Source: Eledone cirrhosa (Eukaryota). From it: a stretch of DNA of 64,000 bases. The stretch spans positions 244,466,001 to 244,530,000 of the forward strand of contig OZ024741.1 in assembly GCA_964016885.1 (NCBI GenBank), written 5' to 3'. The position numbers were made by a program, and so were the translations under genes. Of the stretch, positions 55,901-64,000 are shown piece by piece. The notes beneath the pieces were generated by a model, which was not told where the DNA came from, made no database searches, and was given only the letters and a program-made list of their open reading frames with translations. Every line of letters begins with the position of its first letter. Positions within the stretch are counted from its first letter, which is position 1.

Positions 55901-58900
55901 CAAATGTGTGTCTGCACATGTACCAGTAACTACAGATCGATCCGACCACGGGCGGCCTGCCCACGATCGAAAAGGTAACTCCGCAGGCAAATTCGCATTT
56001 TTGTGATTCGTTTCTTCGAAGCACACCATTCGCTGGTGGTCTTCAGCTTCCTCATTTAGCATGGGCAGCTTTTCTTGAAAATCACACCACACTCAGCAAA
56101 TGTGTGTCTGCACATGTACCAGTAATTACAGATCGATCGGCCCACGGGCGGCCGGCTCACGATCGAAAAGGTAACTCCGCCGGCAAATCCGCATTTTTGT
56201 GATTCGTTTCTTCGAAGCACACCATTCGCCGCCGGACTTCAGCTTCCACATTTAGCATGGGCAGCTTTTCTTGAAAATCACACCACACTCAGCAACTGTG
56301 TGTCTGCACATGTACCAATAATTACAGATCGATCGGACCACGGGCGGCCGGCTCACGATCAAAAAGGTAACTCCGCCGGCAAATCCGCATTTTTGTGATT
56401 CGTTTCTTCGAAGCACACCATTCGCCGCCGGACTTCAGCTTCCTCATTTAGCATGGGCAGCTTTTCTTGAAAATCACACCACACTCAGCAAATTTGTGTC
56501 TGCACATGTACCAGTAATTACAGATCGATCCGACCACGGGCGGCCGGCCCACGATCGAAAAGGTAACTCCGCCGGCAAATCCGCATTTTTGTGATTCGTT
56601 TCTTCGAAGCACACCATTCGCCGCCGGACTTCAGCTTCCACATTTAGCATGGGCAGCTTTTCTTGAAAATCACACCACTCTCAGCAAATGTGTGTCTGCA
56701 CATGTACCAGTAATTACAGATCGATCGGACCACGGGCGGCCGGCTCACGATCGAAAAGGTAACTCCGCCGGCAAATCCGCATTTTTGTGATTCGTTTCTT
56801 CGAAGCACACCATTCGCCGCCGGACTTCAGCTTCCTCATTTAGCATGGGCAGCTTTTCTTGAAAATCACACCACACTCAGCAAATGTGTGTCTGCACATG
56901 TACCAGTAATTACAGATCGATCCGCCCACGGGTGGCCGGCCCACGATCGAAAATGTAACTCCGCCGGCAAATCCGCATTTTTGTGATTCGTTTCTTCGAA
57001 GCACACCATTCGCCGCCGGACTTCAGCTTCCACATTTGACATGGGCAGCTTTTCTTAAAAATCACACCACACTCAGCAAATTTGTGTCTGCACATGTACC
57101 AGTAATTACAGATCGATCGGACCACGGGCGGCCGGCTCACGATCGAAAAGGTAACTCCGCCGGCAAATCCGCATTTTTGTGATTCGTTTCTTCGAAGCAC
57201 ACCATTCGCCGCCGGACTTCAGCTTCCTCATTTAGCATGGGCAGCTTTTCTTGAAAATCACACCACACTCAGCAAATGTGTGTCTGCACATGTACCAGTA
57301 ATTACAGATCGATCCGACCACGGGCGGCCTGCCCACGATCGAAAAGGTAACTCCGCAGGCAAATTCGCATTTTTGTGATTCGTTTCTTCGAAGCACACCA
57401 TTCGCTGGTGGACTTCAGCTTCCTCATTTAGCATGGGCAGCTTTTCTTGAAAATCACACCACACTCAGCAAATGTGTGTCTGCACATGTACCAGTAATTA
57501 CAGATCGATCCGACCACGGGCGGTCAGCCCACGATCGAAAAGGTAACTCCGCCGGCAAATCCGCATTTTTGTGATTCGTTTCTTCGAAGCACACCATTCG
57601 CCGCCGGACTTCAGCTTCCTCATTTAGCATGGGCAGCTTTTCTTGCAAATCACACTACACACAGCAAATCTGTGTCTGCACATGTACCAGTAACTACAGA
57701 TCGATCCGACCACGGGCAGCCGGCCCGCGATTGAAAAGGTAACTCCGCCGGCAAATCCGCATTTTTGTGATTCGTTTCTTCGAAGCACACCATTCGCCGC
57801 CGGACTTCAGCTTCCACATTTAGCATGGGCAGCTTTTCTTGAAAATCACACCACTCTCAGCAAATGTGTGTCTGCACATGTACCAGTAATTACAGATCGA
57901 TCGGACCACGGGCGGCCGGCTCACGATCGAAAAGGTAACTCCGCCGGCAAATCCGCATTTTTGTGATTCGTTTCTTCGAAGCACACCATTCGCCGCCGGA
58001 CTTCAGCTTCCTCATTTAGCATGGGCAGCTTTTCTTGAAAATCACACCACACTCAGCAAATGTGTGTCTGCACATGTACCAGTAATTACAGATCGATCCG
58101 CCCACGGGTGGCCGGCCCACGATCGAAAATGTAACTCCGCCGGCAAATCCGCATTTTTGTGATTCGTTTCTTCGAAGCACACCATTCGCCGCCGGACTTC
58201 AGCTTCCACATTTGACATGGGCAGCTTTTCTTAAAAATCACACCACACTCAGCAAATTTGTGTCTGCACATGTACCAGTAATTACAGATCGATCGGACCA
58301 CGGGCGGCCGGCTCACGATCGAAAAGGTAACTCCGCCGGCAAATCCGCATTTTTGTGATTCGTTTCTTCGAAGCACACCATTCGCCGCCGGACTTCAGCT
58401 TCCTCATTTAGCATGGGCAGCTTTTCTTGAAAATCACACCACACTCAGCAAATGTGTGTCTGCACATGTACCAGTAATTACAGATCGATCCGACCACGGG
58501 CGGCCTGCCCACGATCGAAAAGGTAACTCCGCAGGCAAATTCGCATTTTTGTGATTCGTTTCTTCGAAGCACACCATTCGCTGGTGGACTTCAGCTTCCT
58601 CATTTAGCATGGGCAGCTTTTCTTGAAAATCACACCACACTCAGCAAATGTGTGTCTGCACATGTACCAGTAATTACAGATCGATCCAACCACGGGCGGC
58701 CGGCCCACGATCGAAAAGGTAACTCCGCCGGCAAATCCGCATTTTTGTGATTCGTTTCTTCGAAGCACACCATTCGCCGCCGGACTTCAGCTTCCACATT
58801 TAGCATGGGCAGCTTTTCTTGAAAATCACACCACACTCAGCAAATGTGTGTCTGCACATGTACCAGTAATTACAGATCGATCGGACCACGGGCGGCCGGC

Positions 58901-61900
58901 TCACGATCGAAAAGGTAACTCCGCCGGCAAATCCGCATTTTTGTGATTCGTTTCTTCGAAGCACACCATTCGCCGGCGGACTTCAGCTTCCTCATTTAGC
59001 ATGGGCAGCTTTTCTTGAAAATCACACCACACTCAGCAAATGTGTGTCTGCACATGTACCAGTAATTACAGATCGATCCGCCCACGGGTGGCCGCCCCAC
59101 GATCTAAAATGTAACTCCGCCGGCAAATCCGCATTTTTGTGATTCGTTTCTTCGAAGCACACCATTCGCCGCCGGACTTCAGCTTCCACATTTAGCATGG
59201 GCAGCTTTTCTTGAAAATCACACCACACTCAGCAAATCTGTGTCTGCACATGTAACAGTAATTACAGATCGATCCGACCACGGGCGGTCAGCCCACGATC
59301 GAAAAGGTAACTTAACTCCGCCGGCAAATCCGCATTTTTGTGATTCGTTTCTTCGAAGCACACCATTCGCCGCCGGACTTCAGCTTCCTCATTTAGCATG
59401 GGCAGCTTTTCTTGCAAATCACACTACACACAGCAAATCTGTGTCTGCACATGTACCAGTAACTACAGATCGATCCGACCACGGGCAGCCGGCCCGCGAT
59501 TGAAAAGGTAACTCCGCCGGCAAATCGTCATTTTTGGATTCGTTTTCTTCGAAGCACACCATTCGCCGGCGGACTTTGTTGACGTTTAACACGGTTTGGT
59601 TCCACAGCCACAACTATTGATTTTACGGAGATATCTTGCTGAAATTCACGCCACACATACCCAATGAGTGTCTGCACATGTACCAGTAAATACAGATCGA
59701 TCCGCCCACGGGTGGCCGGCCCACGATCTAAAATGTAACTCCGCCGGCAAATCCGCATTTTTGTGATTAGTTTGTTCGAAGCACACCATTCGCCGCCGGA
59801 CTTGAGCTTCCTCATTTAGCATGGACAGCTTTTCTTGAAAATCACACCACACTCAGCAAATGTGTGTCTGCACATGTACCAGTAACTACAGATCGATCCG
59901 ACCACGGGCGGCCTGCCCACGATCGAAAAGGTAACTCCGCAGGCAAATTCGCATTTTTGTGATTCGTTTCTTCGAAGCACACCATTCGCTGGTGGTCTTC
60001 AGCTTCCTCATTTAGCATGGGCAGCTTTTCTTGAAAATCACACCACACTCAGCAAATGTGTGTCTGCACATGTACCAGTAATTACAGATCGATCGGCCCA
60101 CGGGCGGCCGGCTCACGATCGAAAAGGTAACTCCGCCGGCAAATCCGCATTTTTGTGATTCGTTTCTTCGAAGCACACCATTCGCCGCCGGACTTCAGCT
60201 TCCACATTTAGCATGGGCAGCTTTTCTTGAAAATCACACCACACTCAGCAACTGTGTGTCTGCACATGTACCAATAATTACAGATCGATCGGACCACGGG
60301 CGGCCGGCTCACGATCAAAAAGGTAACTCCGCCGGCAAATCCGCATTTTTGTGATTCGTTTCTTCGAAGCACACCATTCGCCGCCGGACTTCAGCTTCCT
60401 CATTTAGCATGGGCAGCTTTTCTTGAAAATCACACCACACTCAGCAAATGTGTGTCTGCACATGTACCAGTAATTACAGATCGATCCGACCACGGACGGC
60501 CGGCCCACGATCGAAAAGGTAACTCCGCCGGCAAATCCGCATTTTTGTGATTCGTTTCTTCGAAGCACACCATTCGCCGCCGGACTTCAGCTTCCACATT
60601 TAGCATGGGCAGCTTTTCTTGAAAATCACACCACTCTCAGCAAATGTGTGTCTGCACATGTACCAGTAATTACAGATCGATCGGACCACGGGCGGCCGGC
60701 TCACGATCGAAAAGGTAACTCCGCCGGCAAATCCGCATTTTTGTGATTCGTTTCTTCGAAGCACACCATTCGCCGCCGGACTTCAGCTTCCTCATTTAGC
60801 ATGGGCAGCTTTTCTTGAAAATCACACCACACTCAGCAAATGTGTGTCTGCACATGTACCAGTAATTACAGATCGATCCGACCACGGGCGGCCTGCCCAC
60901 GATCGAAAAGGTAACTCCGCCGGCAAATCCGCATTTTTGTGATTCGTTTCTTCGAAGCACACCATTCGCCGGCGGACTTCAGCTTCCTCATTTAGCATGG
61001 GCAGCTTTTCTTGAAAATCACACCACACTCAGCAAATGTGTGTCTGCACATGTACCAGTAATTACAGATCGATCCGCCCACGGGTGGCCGCCCCACGATC
61101 TAAAATGTAACTCCGCCGGCAAATCCGCATTTTTGTGATTCGTTTCTTCGAAGCACACCATTCGCCGCCGGACTTCAGCTTCCACATTTAGCATGGGCAG
61201 CTTTTCTTGAAAATCACACCACACTCAGCAAATCTGTGTCTGCACATGTAACAGTAATTACAGATCGATCCGACCACGGGCGGTCAGCCCACGATCGAAA
61301 AGGTAACTTAACTCCGCCGGCAAATCCGCATTTTTGTGATTCGTTTCTTCGAAGCACACCATTCGCCGCCGGACTTCAGCTTCCTCATTTAGCATGGGCA
61401 GCTTTTCTTGCAAATCACACTACACACAGCAAATCTGTGTCTGCACATGTACCAGTAACTACAGATCGATCCGACCACGGGCAGCCGGCCCGCGATTGAA
61501 AAGGTAACTCCGCCGGCAAATCGTCATTTTTGGATTCGTTTTCTTCGAAGCACACCATTCGCCGGCGGACTTTGTTGACGTTTAACACGGTTTGGTTCCA
61601 CAGCCACAACTATTGATTTTACGGAGATATCTTGCTGAAATTCACGCCACACATACCCAATGAGTGTCTGCACATGTACCAGTAAATACAGATCGATCCG
61701 CCCACGGGTGGCCGGCCCACGATCTAAAATGTAACTCCGCCGGCAAATCCGCATTTTTGTGATTAGTTTGTTCGAAGCACACCATTCGCCGCCGGACTTG
61801 AGCTTCCTCATTTAGCATGGACAGCTTTTCTTGAAAATCACACCACACTCAGCAAATGTGTGTCTGCACATGTACCAGTAACTACAGATCGATCCGACCA

Positions 61901-62033
61901 CGGGCGGCCTGCCCACGATCGAAAAGGTAACTCCGCAGGCAAATTCGCATTTTTGTGATTCGTTTCTTCGAAGCACACCATTCGCTGGTGGTCTTCAGCT
62001 TCCTCATTTAGCATGGGCAGCTTTTCTTGAAAA
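52126..62033. repeat. Two 20-mer HOR units (3956 bp) followed by a derived 10-mer (1996 bp)
   Basis: The GATCGGCCCACG monomer lies at 52126, 56082, 60038 and 62034. The TAACTTAACT marker lies at 55352, 59308 and 61304. 3956 = 18 x 196 + 201 + 227, and 1996 = 8 x 196 + 201 + 227. Confidence 0.9.
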
Positions 62034-64000
62034 TCACACCACACTCAGCAAATGTGTGTCTGCACATGTACCAGTAATTACAGATCGATCGGCCCACGGG
62101 CGGCCGGCTCACGATCGAAAAGGTAACTCCGCCGGCAAATCCGCATTTTTGTGATTCGTTTCTTCGAAGCACACCATTCGCCGCCGGACTTCAGCTTCCA
62201 CATTTAGCATGGGCAGCTTTTCTTGAAAATCACACCACACTCAGCAACTGTGTGTCTGCACATGTACCAATAATTACAGATCGATCGGACCACGGGCGGC
62301 CGGCTCACGATCAAAAAGGTAACTCCGCCGGCAAATCCGCATTTTTGTGATTCGTTTCTTCGAAGCACACCATTCGCCGCCGGACTTCAGCTTCCACATT
62401 TAGCATGGGCAGCTTTTCTTGAAAATCACACCACTCTCAGCAAATGTGTGTCTGCACATGTACCAGTAATTACAGATCGATCGGACCACGGGCGGCCGGC
62501 TCACGATCGAAAAGGTAACTCCGCCGGCAAATCCGCATTTTTGTGATTCGTTTCTTCGAAGCACACCATTCGCCGCCGGACTTCAGCTTCCTCATTTAGC
62601 ATGGGCAGCTTTTCTTGAAAATCACACCACACTCAGCAAATGTGTGTCTGCACATGTACCAGTAATTACAGATCGATCCGACCACGGGCGGCCTGCCCAC
62701 GATCGAAAAGGTAACTCCGCAGGCAAATTCGCATTTTTGTGATTCGTTTCTTCGAAGCACACCATTCGCTGGTGGACTTCAGCTTCCTCATTTAGCATGG
62801 GCAGCTTTTCTTGAAAATCACACCACACTCAGCAAATGTGTGTCTGCACATGTACCAGTAATTACAGATCGATCCGACCACGGGCGGCCGGCCCACGATC
62901 GAAAAGGTAACTCCGCCGGCAAATCCGCATTTTTGTGATTCGTTTCTTCGAAGCACACCATTCGCCGCCGGACTTCAGCTTCCACATTTAGCATGGGCAG
63001 CTTTTCTTGAAAATCACACCACACTCAGCAAATGTGTGTCTGCACATGTACCAGTAATTACAGATCGATCGGACCACGGGCGGCCGGCTCACGATCGAAA
63101 AGGTAACTCCGCCGGCAAATCCGCATTTTTGTGATTCGTTTCTTCGAAGCACACCATTCGCCGGCGGACTTCAGCTTCCTCATTTAGCATGGGCAGCTTT
63201 TCTTGAAAATCACACCACACTCAGCAAATGTGTGTCTGCACATGTACCAGTAATTACAGATCGATCCGCCCACGGGTGGCCGCCCCACGATCTAAAATGT
63301 AACTCCGCCGGCAAATCCGCATTTTTGTGATTCGTTTCTTCGAAGCACACCATTCGCCGCCGGACTTCAGCTTCCACATTTAGCATGGGCAGCTTTTCTT
63401 GAAAATCACACCACACTCAGCAAATCTGTGTCTGCACATGTAACAGTAATTACAGATCGATCCGACCACGGGCGGTCAGCCCACGATCGAAAAGGTAACT
63501 CCGCCGGCAAATCCGCATTTTTGTGATTCGTTTCTTCGAAGCACACCATTCGCCGCCGGACTTCAGCTTCCTCATTTAGCATGGGCAGCTTTTCTTGCAA
63601 ATCACACTACACACAGCAAATCTGTGTCTGCACATGTACCAGTAACTACAGATCGATCCGACCACGGGCAGCCGGCCCGCGTTTGAAAAGGTAACTCCGC
63701 CGGCAAATCGTCATTTTTGGATTCGTTTTCTTCGAAGCACACCATTCGCCGGCGGACTTTGTTGACGTTTAACACGGTTTGGTTCCACAGCCACAACTAT
63801 TGATTTTACGGAGATATCTTGCTGAAATTCACGCCACACATAGCCAATGATTGTCTGCACATGTACCAGTAATTACAGATCGATCCGACCACGGGTGGCC
63901 GGCCCGCGATTGAAAAGGTAACTCCGCCAGCAAATCGTCATTTTTGGATTCGTTTTCTTCGAAGCACACCATTCGCCGGCGGACTTTGTTGACGTTTAAC

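Larger units (their letters stand above)
1..64000. repeat. Tandem satellite DNA array, 196-bp basic monomer, single orientation, running off both window ends
   Basis: Consensus read by eye: TCACACCACACTCAGCAAATGTGTGTCTGCACATGTACCAGTAATTACAGATCGATCCGACCACGGGCGGCCGGCCCACGATCGAAAAGGTAACTCCGCCGGCAAATCCGCATTTTTGTGATTCGTTTCTTCGAAGCACACCATTCGCCGCCGGACTTCAGCTTCCTCATTTAGCATGGGCAGCTTTTCTTGAAAA (196 nt). It recurs at 52, 248, 444 and onward, and the ORF track repeats with the same period. No non-repeat sequence was seen. Confidence 0.99.
33764..64000. repeat. Right domain: mixed array of 196-bp and 227-bp monomers
   Basis: It contains 125 x 196, 21 x 227, 3 x 201 and 1 x 195 bp monomers plus a truncated 227-type copy, which sums to 30237 bp. 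Variants not seen on the left include CTTGCAAATCACACTAC, GTAACTAC, GGCCGCCCC, TTTGACATG...CTTAAAA, GATTAGTT and CACCACTCTC. Confidence 0.96.

Noticed and set aside
248-63796. Hundreds of 64-96 aa ORFs, mostly on the minus strand (MWCDFQEKLPML..., MWLWNQTV...), read as a tandem gene family or peptide variant library
   Set aside because: They follow from the repeat. 196 is not a multiple of 3, most starts are non-ATG, the ORFs overlap with no room for regulatory sequence, a common monomer class (GGCTCA) has an in-frame stop, and most variants are non-synonymous. No recognisable domain is present.
1-64000. CRISPR array or integron-like cassette array, with the variable GC block as spacer
   Set aside because: The variable block differs only by point substitutions. 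There are no unique spacers or cassettes, and no cas or integrase gene.
1-64000. Trypanosoma cruzi 195-bp satellite, suggested by the similar monomer length
   Set aside because: I see no sequence similarity to that satellite as I recall it, and length alone is not evidence. BLAST is needed for any family assignment.

Overview
The whole 64 kb window is one uninterrupted, head-to-tail tandem (satellite-type) array with no unique sequence, no inversion and no credible gene. The basic monomer is 196 bp and about 51% GC by my hand count. Taking the monomer start at TCACACC, there are 322 complete monomers: 297 of 196 bp, 21 of 227 bp, 3 of 201 bp and 1 of 195 bp, plus partial copies at both ends. 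The array has two domains. The left domain (1-33763) holds only 196-bp monomers with no net indel over 172 copies, arranged in 12-, 9-, 8- and 6-mer higher-order repeats (HORs) and a ~10 kb duplication. The right domain (33764-64000) uses a different set of monomer variants and intersperses a diverged 227-bp sister monomer in HORs of 2414, 4240, 3198, 3956 and 1996 bp. This organisation is typical of eukaryotic centromeric or pericentromeric satellite DNA, but I do not recognise the family or the organism, and function cannot be shown from sequence alone. The repeated 64-96 aa ORFs are by-products of the repeat. I found no protein-coding or CRISPR-like system. The points of interest are the array architecture and the internal structure of the monomer. 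All alignments were done by eye.
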